NCBI GenBank assembly: GCA_038244815.1
Contig: JBBRTB010000005.1
Coordinates: 92,936-156,935, forward strand
Direction of reading: 5' to 3'
DNA: 64,000 nt
From: Thermoanaerobaculia bacterium
GTDB lineage: Bacteria > Acidobacteriota > Thermoanaerobaculia > Gp7-AA8
Part shown: positions 8,773 to 18,454 of the stretch, piece by piece
Numbering within the stretch: the stretch's first letter is position 1
Layout: each line of letters starts with the position of its first letter
Notes under the pieces: model-generated
Seen by the model: only the letters and a program-made list of their open reading frames with translations
Database searches by the model: none
Told to the model about the DNA's origin: nothing
Made by a program: the position numbers and the translations under genes

Positions 8773-9825
8773 TCAGTAGAAGCGCAGAGGAATCGTCAGG
8801 ATCGTCGACAGTCCGTCCGCGGTGGTGGCCCGAACCTGAAGCTGTCCGGTTTTGCCGGCCAGTGCGGCACTGGCGACCATCTGGATCGTTCCGTTCTGGT
8901 CGATGAGGCGGGCGTCGGCCGGCGACGACACGATCTCGTACGTGACCGGCTCCTCGGTGACGAGGCGGAAGTAGGTCGGGAAGCCGAGGGTATAGGCGTC
9001 GACCGAAGAGTCGAGCACGTTGTCGTGTGCGGCGATGTCGATCGTTCCGTTCTCGTCACGGTCCACGCCCAGGAGGTTGACGTTGGCCTGCTGCCGCGTG
9101 CGGATGCCGGGGACGAACGACGGGTCGCCGCTGGCGTTGTTGATGATGCTGCCGTAGAAGATGGCGCTCCCGCTGAGCACGTTGGCGTGGATGACGTCGT
9201 CGTTCTCCAGCGCTCCCAGGAGGGCGGGCACGCTGTACTGGTTCTGCACGCCCGCGTTGTAGGAGATGGTCCGAGTGGCGGCCACGGTCCCATCGGCGCG
9301 AACGAGGTCCCACTTCACATTCGTGGCGTCGAGCGTGTAGAGGCCGGCGTTGAAGCGCGAGGTGGAAGCGTTGTCCGGGCCGGCGATGACGGCCACGTCA
9401 CCGGTGCTGATGGCGTCGGTGGAGCGAATGGCCGGGATGTCCTGGCCGAACTCCTGGTCGCCGAGGACGTTGGAGGTACGGGAGGTGATGGCCAGGCGAT
9501 TGAGATCCGGGTCGGCCATGTCGATCTCGATTGCGCCGACGCTGCCTTCACGCTGGAACCGCGTGCGCACGATGTCGTCGATGGAGATGGTGTGCCGTGC
9601 CGGCACGGTGACCGTGGCGCTCCCGGCCGCTCCATTCTGGTCGTGGTAGACGAGGCTGACGTTGATATCGCGGTTGGCGGTGTTGTGCAGCGTCAGCTCG
9701 CTCTGCCACATGCTGCCATTCGCGCCGGTCGCCGAGCCCGCCGCGGGGACGATGAGGGTGGCCGCTCCGGCGGTGAGCGGCAGCAGCGCCAGGGACGCGG
9801 CGGTGATCAGATTTCTGAACTTCAT
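8773..9825 (-). CDS. secreted hypothetical protein (350 aa) with signal peptide
   Basis: ATG at 9825 preceded by a GGAG ribosome-binding site (aaaaaggagaaaccc atg). Signal peptide MKFRNLITAASLALLPLTAGAA. No recognised domain. Confidence 0.6.
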   Translation of the reverse strand: MKFRNLITAASLALLPLTAGAATLIVPAAGSATGANGSMWQSELTLHNTANRDINVSLVYHDQNGAAGSATVTVPARHTISIDDIVRTRFQREGSVGAIEIDMADPDLNRLAITSRTSNVLGDQEFGQDIPAIRSTDAISTGDVAVIAGPDNASTSRFNAGLYTLDATNVKWDLVRADGTVAATRTISYNAGVQNQYSVPALLGALENDDVIHANVLSGSAIFYGSIINNASGDPSFVPGIRTRQQANVNLLGVDRDENGTIDIAAHDNVLDSSVDAYTLGFPTYFRLVTEEPVTYEIVSSPADARLIDQNGTIQMVASAALAGKTGQLQVRATTADGLSTILTIPLRFY

Positions 9826-10011
9826 GGGTTTCTCCTTTTTCGAATCGCTGTTGCTGGGGTCTGATACGCGCGACCGAAAAAGAATGTCTATAAAATATGT
9901 TGTTAAAGCATCACAAGAACGAGTGATGGACGGATGGGTTTCGTCTCTTGATACGGCTGTGACGGGCGGGGCGTCCATGGCACGTGCCGATCAAGTACAC
10001 TCCCGCGCGCG

Positions 10012-11139
10012 ATGGCCGTTCCTCTGCTCGATCTGAAACTGCAGTACGCCACGATCCGCGACCAGGTCATGCGCGTGACCGAGGAAGTCTACGAGTCGCA
10101 GATGTTCATCCTCGGAAAGCGCGTGGACACCTTCGAGCGTGATTTCGCCGCGTATTGCAGCGCGAAACATGCCGTCGGCGTTTCCTCCGGTACCGATGCG
10201 TTGCTCGTCGCGCTCATGGTCCACGGGATCGGAGCGGGCGACGAAGTGATCGTCCCGGCGTATTCATTCTTTGCCACGGCCGGTGTGGTGGCGCGGCTGG
10301 GGGCCCAACCCGTGTTCGTCGACATCGCGCTCGACGACTACAACATCGATCCGGCGCTCATCGAGGCCAGGATCACGCCGCGAACCAAAGCGATCATGCC
10401 GGTGCACCTGTACGGGCAGACCGCGGCGATGGACGAGATCAACGGGATCGCCCGCAAGCACAAACTGCTCGTGGTCGAGGACGCGGCGCAGGCCATCGGC
10501 GCGGAATACGCGGGCAGGCGTGCCGGCGCCCTGGGCGACATCGGTTGCTTTTCGTTTTTCCCATCGAAGAATCTTGGCGCGTTCGGCGACGCCGGTGCGG
10601 TCACGGTCGAAGACGACGCGGTGTACGAGCGGCTCGTCGACTTCCGGGTGCACGGGATGCGGCCGAAGTATTACCACCGCTACGTCGGCGGCAACTTCCG
10701 CATCGACGCGCTGCAGGCGGCAGTGCTGCACGTGAAGCTTCCGTACCTCGACAGTTGGGCGGCGGGGCGGCGGCGCAACGCCAAGGTCTACGACGGGCTG
10801 TTCGCGGAGGCAAACCTCGGGGAGCGGATCGTGCTCCCGAATGAGCTTCCCCGGCGGCATCACATCTACAACCAGTACATCATCCGCTTCACGGAAGGCC
10901 GGGCCAGGCGCGATGGCGTGATGGAACACCTGCGAAGCGCCGGCATCGGCTGCGAGATCTACTATCCGCTGACGCTGCCGCAGCAGGAATGCTTCCAGTC
11001 GCTCGCGGGCGCACGCGAGCGCTACCCCAATTCTGAGGCGGCCGCGGAGCAGACGCTGGCCATTCCCGTGTTTGCCGAACTGACCATCGATCAGATGCGC
11101 GAAGTGGTTCGCGAGATCGGGAAAGGACTCGGGTCGTAG
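10012..11139 (+). CDS. DegT/DnrJ/EryC1/StrS-family PLP-dependent sugar aminotransferase
   Basis: Full-length family match, including a PLP-binding lysine region (FSFFPSKNLGAFGDAGAV) and an N-terminal QVMRV...ESQMFILG segment. Confidence 0.85.
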   Translation: MAVPLLDLKLQYATIRDQVMRVTEEVYESQMFILGKRVDTFERDFAAYCSAKHAVGVSSGTDALLVALMVHGIGAGDEVIVPAYSFFATAGVVARLGAQPVFVDIALDDYNIDPALIEARITPRTKAIMPVHLYGQTAAMDEINGIARKHKLLVVEDAAQAIGAEYAGRRAGALGDIGCFSFFPSKNLGAFGDAGAVTVEDDAVYERLVDFRVHGMRPKYYHRYVGGNFRIDALQAAVLHVKLPYLDSWAAGRRRNAKVYDGLFAEANLGERIVLPNELPRRHHIYNQYIIRFTEGRARRDGVMEHLRSAGIGCEIYYPLTLPQQECFQSLAGARERYPNSEAAAEQTLAIPVFAELTIDQMREVVREIGKGLGS

Positions 11140-11212
11140 GTCGTCGGTCGTGGGTCACGGGGGCTGCGAAGAGGCCCCAGGACCCGCGACCCGCGACCGG
11201 CGACCGCGAAGC
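11131..11212. repeat. intergenic heptamer arrays (GGTCGNN)x3 and (GACCSSC)x4 arranged as a long imperfect inverted repeat around a central ggggc...gcccc hairpin
   Basis: gggtcgtaggtcgtcggtcgtgggtcac gggggctgcgaagaggcccc aggacccgcgacccgcgaccggcgaccgcg. The arms are approximate reverse complements. Confidence 0.7.
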
Positions 11213-11905
11213 ATGATCCCCCTCCGCCAGACCTGGCCGCGCCGCACCACTCCGCTGGTCAACCGCGCTCTCGTTGCCGCCAACGTGGCCGTGTTCATCG
11301 GGCAATTGTTCATGGGCAGCTCGGCGGAGCGGTTCATCGAGACGTTCGGATACATCCCGGTTCGATTTCTCCATCCCCAGCTCTTCGGGTATTCGCCGTT
11401 GGAAGGTGCGCTGACGCTGGTGACGTCGCTGTTCATCCATGGCGGACTCGTTCACCTGTTCGGCAACATGATCTACCTGTGGGTGTTCGGTGAAGCGGTC
11501 GAGGACGCGCTGGGGCATGCGCCGTATCTGCTGTTCTTCGTTGCCGCGGGCGTGATCGGCAGCCTCGCGCACACGATCGTCTTCCCGCGTTCTGCCATCG
11601 CCTCGATCGGAGCTTCGGGCAGCATCGCCGGCGTCCTGGGCGTGTTTCTGGTGCTTCGCCCGCGTGCCCGGATCGTCACGCTCTTTCCACTCGTGATTTA
11701 CTGGGCGATGCTGGAGATCCGCGCGGCGCTGTTTCTGCCGGTGTGGTTCCTCATGCAGTTCTTCAACGGTTTTCTGTCGCTGGCCGCGGCGCGCGGAACG
11801 CAGGAGGTCGCCGGGATCGCGTGGTGGGCGCACATCGGCGGGTTTGTGTTCGGCGCGACGGTCGCGGCGGTTCACCGCATCATGGCCACGAAGGAGCAGG
11901 AATGA
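11213..11905 (+). CDS. rhomboid-family intramembrane serine protease
   Basis: Six-TM topology, catalytic GASGSIAG serine motif and downstream AHIGG histidine. Its stop overlaps the rfbA start (ATGA). Confidence 0.85.
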   Translation: MIPLRQTWPRRTTPLVNRALVAANVAVFIGQLFMGSSAERFIETFGYIPVRFLHPQLFGYSPLEGALTLVTSLFIHGGLVHLFGNMIYLWVFGEAVEDALGHAPYLLFFVAAGVIGSLAHTIVFPRSAIASIGASGSIAGVLGVFLVLRPRARIVTLFPLVIYWAMLEIRAALFLPVWFLMQFFNGFLSLAAARGTQEVAGIAWWAHIGGFVFGATVAAVHRIMATKEQE

Positions 11906-12768
11906 GAAAGGGGATCATCCTCGCCGGCGGCTCGGGCACGCGCCTCTATCCGCTGACCTCGGTCATGTCGAAGCAGCTCCTGCCTGTCTACGACAAGCCG
12001 ATGATCTATTACCCGCTGACGACGCTCATGCTCGCCGGCATCAACGACGTGCTCATCATCACCACGCCCGCGGACCAGCCGCTTTTCCGCCAGCTCCTGG
12101 GCGACGGATCGCAGTGGGGAATCCGCCTGACGTACGCGGAGCAACCGAGTCCCGGCGGGCTGGCCCAGGCGTTTCTCATCGGCCGCGACTTCGTGGGCGG
12201 CAATCCCAGCTGCCTGATCCTCGGCGACAACATCTATTACGGCCATGGATTGACCGAGGCGTTGCGGCGGGCTTCGGCGTCCACCAGCGGCGCGACCGTG
12301 TTTGCGTACCGCGTCAAAGACCCGGAGCGCTACGGAGTGGTGGAAGTCGACGGCAGCGGCCGTGCCGTCGGGATCGAAGAGAAGCCGGCGCGTCCGAAGT
12401 CGACGCTGGCCGTGACCGGGTTGTACTTCTACGACGCCAATGTCGTCGACTACGTGACGAAGATCAAGCCCTCGGCGCGCGGCGAGCTGGAGATCACGGA
12501 TTTGAACCGCCTCTATCTCGAGCGCGGCACCCTGCACGTCGAGCAGCTCGGACGCGGGTACGCCTGGTTCGATACGGGAACGCAGGAGTCGCTGCTCGAG
12601 GCCGCGAACTTCGTCGAGACCATCGAGCTGCGGCAGGGGCTGAAAGTGGCCTGTCCCGAGGAGGTGGCCTACTTTCTCGACTGGATCACGCGCGAGCAGT
12701 TGCTCGAGCAGGCCGGGCGCCTCGCCAAGAGCGCCTATGGCCAGTATCTTCTCGGTATCGCGCAATGA
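11902..12768 (+). CDS. rfbA: glucose-1-phosphate thymidylyltransferase
   Basis: [19 protein letters not shown]...[16 protein letters not shown] and the remainder of the RmlA signature. ATG at 11902. Confidence 0.9.
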   Translation: MRKGIILAGGSGTRLYPLTSVMSKQLLPVYDKPMIYYPLTTLMLAGINDVLIITTPADQPLFRQLLGDGSQWGIRLTYAEQPSPGGLAQAFLIGRDFVGGNPSCLILGDNIYYGHGLTEALRRASASTSGATVFAYRVKDPERYGVVEVDGSGRAVGIEEKPARPKSTLAVTGLYFYDANVVDYVTKIKPSARGELEITDLNRLYLERGTLHVEQLGRGYAWFDTGTQESLLEAANFVETIELRQGLKVACPEEVAYFLDWITREQLLEQAGRLAKSAYGQYLLGIAQ

Positions 12769-13670
12769 AGACGGTCCTGGTGACGGGCGGCGCGGGATTC
12801 ATCGGGTCGCACCTCGTCGATGCGTATCTGCAGCGCGGATGGCGTGTGGTCGTGGTCGATGATCTCTCCACCGGTCAAACGCGCAATCTCGATGAGAAGG
12901 CGGAACTGCATGCCATCGACATCCGCGAAGCCGGGCCGCTGATCGCGCAGGTCAAGCCCGATCTGGTCAGTCATCACGCTGCCCAGATCGACGTGCGGAA
13001 GTCCGTCGCCGATCCTGCCGGCGACGCGGAGGTCAACGTCGTCGGATCGCTTCGCCTTCTGCAGGCCTGTGTCGAAGCGGGGGTGAAGCGTTTCGTCTTC
13101 GCGTCGAGCGGAGGAGCGGCTTACGGCGAACCGCTCTTCGCACCGCAGACCGAGGAGCATCCCCTGCGTCCGATGTCTCCGTACGGATGTGCGAAGGTGG
13201 CCGTCGAGTACTACATGAGCGCGTTTCGCGAAACGCATGGCCTCTCGACCGTCGCGCTGCGCTACGGGAACGTCTACGGTCCGCGGCAGAGCAGTCTGGG
13301 CGAAGCAGGAGTGATCGCGATCTTCGCCGATCGCATGTTGCGCGGGCTGCCCGTCACCATCAACGGAACCGGCGGGCAGACGCGCGACTACGTCTATGTC
13401 GGCGACGTGGTGGCCGCGAACATGGCCGTCACCGACCGCGAAGACCTCAGCGGCGCGTTCAACGTCGGCACGGGCATCGAGACGTCGGTCAACGAGCTCT
13501 ACTCGATGCTGTCTTCTATCCTGGGCGTAGAGACGCCCGCTCGACACGGCCCGGCGAAGGCGGGAGAGCAGATGCGCAGCGTGCTGGATGGCTCGAGGTT
13601 ACGCGGACAAACCCGCTTGCCAGAGCCCGCCAGGCTCAATGAGGCGCTGCGATCGACGTTCGCGACGTAG
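12765..13670 (+). CDS. NAD-dependent epimerase/dehydratase (GalE-like UDP-sugar 4-epimerase)
   Basis: GGAGFIGSH Rossmann motif, YxxxK (YGCAKVAVE). The start overlaps the rfbA stop (ATGA). Confidence 0.8.
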   Translation: MKTVLVTGGAGFIGSHLVDAYLQRGWRVVVVDDLSTGQTRNLDEKAELHAIDIREAGPLIAQVKPDLVSHHAAQIDVRKSVADPAGDAEVNVVGSLRLLQACVEAGVKRFVFASSGGAAYGEPLFAPQTEEHPLRPMSPYGCAKVAVEYYMSAFRETHGLSTVALRYGNVYGPRQSSLGEAGVIAIFADRMLRGLPVTINGTGGQTRDYVYVGDVVAANMAVTDREDLSGAFNVGTGIETSVNELYSMLSSILGVETPARHGPAKAGEQMRSVLDGSRLRGQTRLPEPARLNEALRSTFAT

Positions 13671-13892
13671 TGGCCGTGTGGCATGCCCGATGAACTCGGG
13701 CTTCGCGGATGATCCGATCCTTCCCGCGTACGCGCCGTCTACATCAACGAGCTGCGTGCGGCGCTTGACGATGCCAGAGGTGCTCTCGGATTCCCGACCG
13801 GGCGGCTACACGGACACACTCGCCGCGGGCATGCCGGTCAAGACCGAGCACCTCCCGGAAATCCGCAATCGGGTGAAGTAGACTGCCCACGC

Positions 13893-14628
13893 TTGATCCT
13901 CGTCACCGGTGCGGCCGGTTTCATCGGTTATCACGTTTCGAGACAGTTGCTCGACCGCGGTGAGCGGGTCGTGGGCGTCGACAATCTCAATGACTATTAC
14001 GACGTCTCGCTGAAAGAAGCCCGGCTGGAGCGGCTGAGGGACGAGAGATTCGCGTTCCGTCGCGCCGACGTTGCCGATACCACGGCGATGCTGGCGATCT
14101 TCGAGGAGCTCCGGCCGCTAAGAGTGGTGCACCTCGCGGCACAGGCCGGCGTCCGCTACTCGCTCATCAATCCGTTCGCGTACGCGGACAGCAACGTGCG
14201 GGATTTCTGAACATCCTGGAAGCGTGCCGGCGGTTCCCGGTCGAGCATCTCGTTTTCGCGTCATCAAGCTCCGTGTACGGGATGAACACGAAGCAGCCGT
14301 TCGCCGAGACCGACAACGTCGATCATCCCGTGTCGCTGTATGCGGCCACGAAGAAGGCCAACGAACTGATGGGGCATTCCTACGCGCACTTGTTTTCGAT
14401 TCCGATGACGGGCCTGCGCTACTTCACGGTTTACGGCCCGTGGGGGCGTCCGGACATGTCGCCGATCAAGTTCGCGAAAGCGATCTTCGCGGGCCAGCCG
14501 TTTCCGGTCTTCAATGAGGGGAGGATGATCTGCGACTTCACCTATATCGACGACATCACGGAAGGCGACGATCCGCGTGCTGGACCGGGCCGCCGGAAGG
14601 CCAGCCTCCTTACCGGATCTTCAACATG
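13893..14628 (+). pseudogene. degraded paralog of UDP-glucuronate 4-epimerase (at least three frameshifts, 3'-truncated)
   Basis: The first 105 codons are about 65% identical to the intact gene at 18451..19491 ([15 protein letters not shown]...[14 protein letters not shown]). The reading frame then breaks at about 14195, with the match continuing in another frame ([33 protein letters not shown]...). It breaks again near 14565 and 14610 (RVLD and PYRIFN matches lie in different frames). Homology ends at about 14628, 78 bp before the convergent protease gene. Confidence 0.75.
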
Positions 14629-14706
14629 GTTCATCTCCACGACGATACAGGCGTTCTTCATCTGGCAAGTCGTGCTGACGCTGTAGAGCCGCTGGTACGC
14701 TGCCGA

Positions 14707-17082
14707 TCAACGCATGGCGTTGCGGGCCTCGGTGAAGTCGATCGCTTTGATGATGGAACTCGCCGAAATCGTATTCGTGTAGGTCGGGGCGGCGAATCCC
14801 ATGCCGGTAATCGGAGTGCTCAGGTTCGTCCGCAGCTCGGTCATATCCAATGCATGCACGAGGGTCGAGCCGGGGGTGAGGGTCGGGAACGAGTAGGCGC
14901 CGGCACCGATCCCGTACAGCGTACGCACCGCGTTCACGGCCGTGCGCAGCTCCGTCATGTCGACTGCCTGCACAGTCGAGGAGCCTGCGGTCAGCGTGGG
15001 ATGCGTATAGACGACGATGGTGGCCAGGTCGCGGTTGCTGTCGACCGATTCGTTGCCGCCGCCGCTGTCCGCGGACAGCACCTTGTAGAGATAGGCGTTG
15101 TTCGTGGATACGGTATCGGCGAAGCTCGTCGACATCGTGTTTCCGGCGGGCGAGTAGTTGACCGCGTCGGCGCTGCGATAGACGTTGTAGCGGCCGGGCG
15201 GCGTGCCGGTGGCCGCGGTCCAGGAAACGAGCGCTGACGTCGCTCCGGTCACGTGCGCCTCCACGCTCGTGGGCGGGTTGTACGAGACCGCGGTGATCGT
15301 CACTGTGCGGGTATCGGTGATCCCGCAGTTGTTGGAGCCGTACGCGTTCGCTTTGAGAATGACGCTGCCCGACGCGCCTGCCGTGAATGTGATGCCGGTA
15401 GTCCCCTGGCCGGCGGTGATGGTGCCGTTCATGATCGTCCAGTTGTAGGTGGACCCGCTCGTCACCGAGATCGAGGCGACGTTGCCGGTGGAACTCGGCG
15501 CCACGGAGACGGGCACGGTAAAACCGGTCACGTTGTCGAACGTGTTGTTGATGATGGTGCTCACTCCGGTGAGTGGCGCGGCGGTGAACATGTAGTCGTT
15601 GAGCTCGTGGATGCTCGGCTCAGCGGCCTGGCCGAACGTGAAGCGGCTCTGCGGGACGCTGGTGACGAACACGTTGTGGCAGTAACTCATGATCGTCCCG
15701 CGAAACGTCGTCTGGGAGCCGGCGACGTAGTCGGTGCTGGCCGAGAAGCATCCCAGCTCGTGAGCGAAACAGTGATCGATGACGTCGGACGCCGCAGTGG
15801 CGGGGCTTCCGTCGGTAAATCCCGAGGCGATGCGCTCGGCGTCCGTGATGACGACACAGTGGGTGTGGTGGCCGGCCAGGTTGTGGCCGAGCTCGTGTGC
15901 GTACTCGGCGAGCGGCCAGTAAGTCTGGAATCCCGCCGGCATTCCATAGGGCACACCGTTCGTCAAGTCAGGATTCGGGGCGGTGACGAATCCCCCATTC
16001 CCGATGGAGCCGCACCAGGCGTATGCGCCGGCGTACATGTTCGCCGCGCCAGAGTCACTGCAACCCGAGCCGTCTGGTCCACAAAAGAAGTCGCCGTCGC
16101 AGATCGTGCCTTCCCAGGCAATGCCGCCGGCGAGATTCTTTCCGCTCAGGAATACCGCCGAGGAGTGGGCGACCGGATGGTATCCGGGGTTGTTGTGGTA
16201 GTAGGTGCCGAACTCGTAGAGCGCGGCCTGCGTGGAGGCGCCCTGCAGCCACGGGTCGGTTCCGGGGCCGCCGCTGTGCAAGTGGGTTTCGACGAGGAGC
16301 ACATCCGTTTTCAGATCGCGGTTGTAGATCGTCGATACCGCTCCGGTCAGGTTCGTGATGTAGGTCGTCTCGGCGGACGTGCTGTTGCCGGAGTTCGCGT
16401 ACAGTTCGTCGTCGGTCTCGACGGTGAGGCGGATCGAGTAGTGCTGCGTGGGCGTCAGAGCCTGCGACTGGATCGGCAACCCGTTGGCGTCGGTCTGGGT
16501 ACGCCGCAGCGTCGAGGGCGTCATGCGATGCTCCTCGACGTCGCACTGCCAGGACCGTCCCTCGGGCATGTTCATGTCGTTTGCGTTCGTGGAGGTGAGG
16601 AAGTAGTCGTAACCCGCGTCCGCGCTTCCCTGATCGATCGTGCGGTTGTAGGGATGCGGCTTGACGGGCCGCTTCACGCCGTCGACGGCGAAGTTGTCAT
16701 CCTTCGTCGTGACGAGGCCGGTGATCCTGCCGGTGTTCAGCTCGACCGAGAAGTAGGCGAAGGATTCCGGATCGCCGTTGACCTGGCCGCGGAAATAGCG
16801 CATGGCCGGCGGATCGAGTTTCTGGACGTTTCCGTGGCCGTCGTGGATGAACACCTGGCCGTCGGGCGCCCACACCTGAAACTCCTCGAGGTCGATCGGA
16901 GTGGGGCGGCTGCCGTACAGGGGCAATCGGTCGAGGTGAATCGTTCTGGCAATGGTGGCCGCGCGCAGCGGAGCGAGGACGTCGTCGTTGAGCTTGGTAA
17001 CGGTAGCGGCGAAGAGAGACGGCGTCAGGGAAAGGGCGATGAATGCCAGTGCAGCGAACAGCCGATGTTTGGTCACAGCCAT
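14707..17082 (-). CDS. secreted zinc metalloprotease (metzincin-like HExxH...H) with PKD/FN3-like beta domains and a C-terminal triple ~35-aa repeat
   Basis: Signal peptide MAVTKHRLFAALAFIALSLTPSLFA. Zinc motif HELGHNLAGHHTH. Ig/FN3-like segment (PPTSVEAHVTGATSALVSWTAATGTPPGRYNVYRS). C-terminal repeats (VQAVDMTELRTAVN / VHALDMTELRTNLS / IKAIDFTEARNAM). Confidence 0.7.
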   Translation of the reverse strand: MAVTKHRLFAALAFIALSLTPSLFAATVTKLNDDVLAPLRAATIARTIHLDRLPLYGSRPTPIDLEEFQVWAPDGQVFIHDGHGNVQKLDPPAMRYFRGQVNGDPESFAYFSVELNTGRITGLVTTKDDNFAVDGVKRPVKPHPYNRTIDQGSADAGYDYFLTSTNANDMNMPEGRSWQCDVEEHRMTPSTLRRTQTDANGLPIQSQALTPTQHYSIRLTVETDDELYANSGNSTSAETTYITNLTGAVSTIYNRDLKTDVLLVETHLHSGGPGTDPWLQGASTQAALYEFGTYYHNNPGYHPVAHSSAVFLSGKNLAGGIAWEGTICDGDFFCGPDGSGCSDSGAANMYAGAYAWCGSIGNGGFVTAPNPDLTNGVPYGMPAGFQTYWPLAEYAHELGHNLAGHHTHCVVITDAERIASGFTDGSPATAASDVIDHCFAHELGCFSASTDYVAGSQTTFRGTIMSYCHNVFVTSVPQSRFTFGQAAEPSIHELNDYMFTAAPLTGVSTIINNTFDNVTGFTVPVSVAPSSTGNVASISVTSGSTYNWTIMNGTITAGQGTTGITFTAGASGSVILKANAYGSNNCGITDTRTVTITAVSYNPPTSVEAHVTGATSALVSWTAATGTPPGRYNVYRSADAVNYSPAGNTMSTSFADTVSTNNAYLYKVLSADSGGGNESVDSNRDLATIVVYTHPTLTAGSSTVQAVDMTELRTAVNAVRTLYGIGAGAYSFPTLTPGSTLVHALDMTELRTNLSTPITGMGFAAPTYTNTISASSIIKAIDFTEARNAMR

Positions 17083-17250
17083 GATGCGGTTACCCCCGGG
17101 AACAGGTTTCCCATGTCTTGGAGCTCCATTTTCGGGCCGGATTGAACAAGAGTATAACGCCGCCCGCCCATTCCCCGGCGTGTGAGAGGGATCACCTCGG
17201 AGGGAGGTGGTGGGCCGAGGCTGACAATCTCATTGCAACCCATGGGGATC

Positions 17251-17278
17251 TTGAACCGGGGGCGCGCTGGCGTATACT
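17251..17278 (+). promoter_or_regulatory. sigma70-type promoter candidate (-35 TTGAAC, 16-nt spacer, -10 TATACT) for the gene at 17361
   Basis: ttgaac cgggggcgcgctggcg tatact. It is about 80 nt upstream of a start codon that has a GGAG ribosome-binding site. Confidence 0.4.
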
Positions 17279-17360
17279 GGTGGCTCTCAACCGAGCAAGG
17301 ATATTTTAAGGTGGCTTCCGGCAAGGTCCGGGAAGGTTGGTTTTCAACCAGGAGATTGAA

Positions 17361-18395
17361 ATGATCAAGACACTCAGGAACGTGAAGTCGACGCGGCTGT
17401 TCTTGCTCCTTTTGTTGGCGGTCACGTTCATCGCCGTGAACGCGAATGCCCAGGACGGTCAGACCTCGATCATGGCGAAGCGCCAGGCGTCGAGCAACGC
17501 GCTCACTCCGGTCTCGAACCTCGCCGGCACGGGCACGCTCAACTTCGTTGCCAAGTGGATCGATGGGGCCGGAACGCTGGGAAACTCGATGATGTTCGAC
17601 AACGGGACAAGAGTCGGGGTCGGGACGACCACTCCGCAGGCGTACTTCCAGGTTGGTCCGGGCGCCGATGTGCCGAACTTCCCGGGGACAAGATTCTACG
17701 TGGTCGGAGATATGACGGCCGGTCAAACTGGAGCTACAGGCATCGTTGCTCGTGACAACCTTAACCATGTTGAGTTAGCTATCGGAACGGCGGGGCTTGG
17801 CGGCGGTCAGTTCGTTGGCCTCTTCGGAACACGCACACCCCATGACCTTTACCTCCAGGCCAACGGCAACAACTTCATGGTTGTGAAAACTTCGGGTAGG
17901 GTTGGTATCGGTACGCTCACACCGACGGCGACGCTCGACGTTGCGGGGAATGTCAACGTGTCGGGCAACATCGCCGCGAAGTATCAGGATGTCGCCGAGT
18001 GGGTTGCCACAGACGGCGATCCGATCGATGGCGGCGCACTGGTCGTCCTTTCCACCGACAAGACGAATTCCGTTCGCGAGTCGTCGCACGCGTACGACAC
18101 CGCGGTCGCCGGCGTGGTCTCCGATCGGCCCGGCATCCTTCTCGGCGAGGCCGGAGAGCTGAAGGCGAAGATCGCCACGACCGGCCGCGTCAAGGTTCAC
18201 GCCGATGCGAGCAACGGTGCCATCGCCATCGGCGATCTGCTGGTCACCAGTGACAGAGTCGGCTTTGCGATGCGCAGCAATCCGGTCGACGTCGGCGGAA
18301 TCAAGATGCATCGTCCGGGCACCATCGTTGGCAAGGCGCTCGAGCCTCTCAAGAGCGGTCAGGGCGACATCCTGGTCCTGCTCACCCTTCAATAG
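17361..18395 (+). CDS. secreted Gly/Thr-rich beta-repeat protein with weak tail-fibre-like character (hypothetical)
   Basis: GGAG ribosome-binding site 7 nt upstream, signal peptide (LFLLLLLAVTFIAVNANA), and degenerate repeats of the form VGVGTTTP / VGIGTLTPTATLDVAGNVNVSGN. No confident family assignment. Confidence 0.6.
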   Translation: MIKTLRNVKSTRLFLLLLLAVTFIAVNANAQDGQTSIMAKRQASSNALTPVSNLAGTGTLNFVAKWIDGAGTLGNSMMFDNGTRVGVGTTTPQAYFQVGPGADVPNFPGTRFYVVGDMTAGQTGATGIVARDNLNHVELAIGTAGLGGGQFVGLFGTRTPHDLYLQANGNNFMVVKTSGRVGIGTLTPTATLDVAGNVNVSGNIAAKYQDVAEWVATDGDPIDGGALVVLSTDKTNSVRESSHAYDTAVAGVVSDRPGILLGEAGELKAKIATTGRVKVHADASNGAIAIGDLLVTSDRVGFAMRSNPVDVGGIKMHRPGTIVGKALEPLKSGQGDILVLLTLQ

Positions 18396-18413
18396 AACAG
18401 AACGACCGTACGT

Positions 18414-18454
18414 GAGACCCGCCGCCTGAAAAGCGGCGGGTCTTTCTGTTTTAG
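18414..18454. terminator. bidirectional rho-independent terminator (11-bp perfect stem agacccgccgc / gcggcgggtct, 7-nt loop, U-tract)
   Basis: Lies between the convergent genes ending at 18395 (+) and 18451 (-). Confidence 0.75.

Noticed and set aside
11844-13670. 608-aa ORF spanning rfbA and the GalE-like gene in a third frame
   Set aside because: Only its last 301 codons (from the ATG at 12765) encode the Rossmann-fold epimerase. The upstream portion overlaps rfbA out of frame.
13588-13881. 97-aa ORF between the GalE-like gene and the pseudogene
   Set aside because: There is no start-site support or family match. It is treated only as possible remnant sequence (see findings).
15253-17145. 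630-aa ORF antisense to the metalloprotease gene
   Set aside because: Arg/Gly/Val-rich low-complexity translation with no motifs. The opposite strand has a signal peptide, zinc motif and domain structure.
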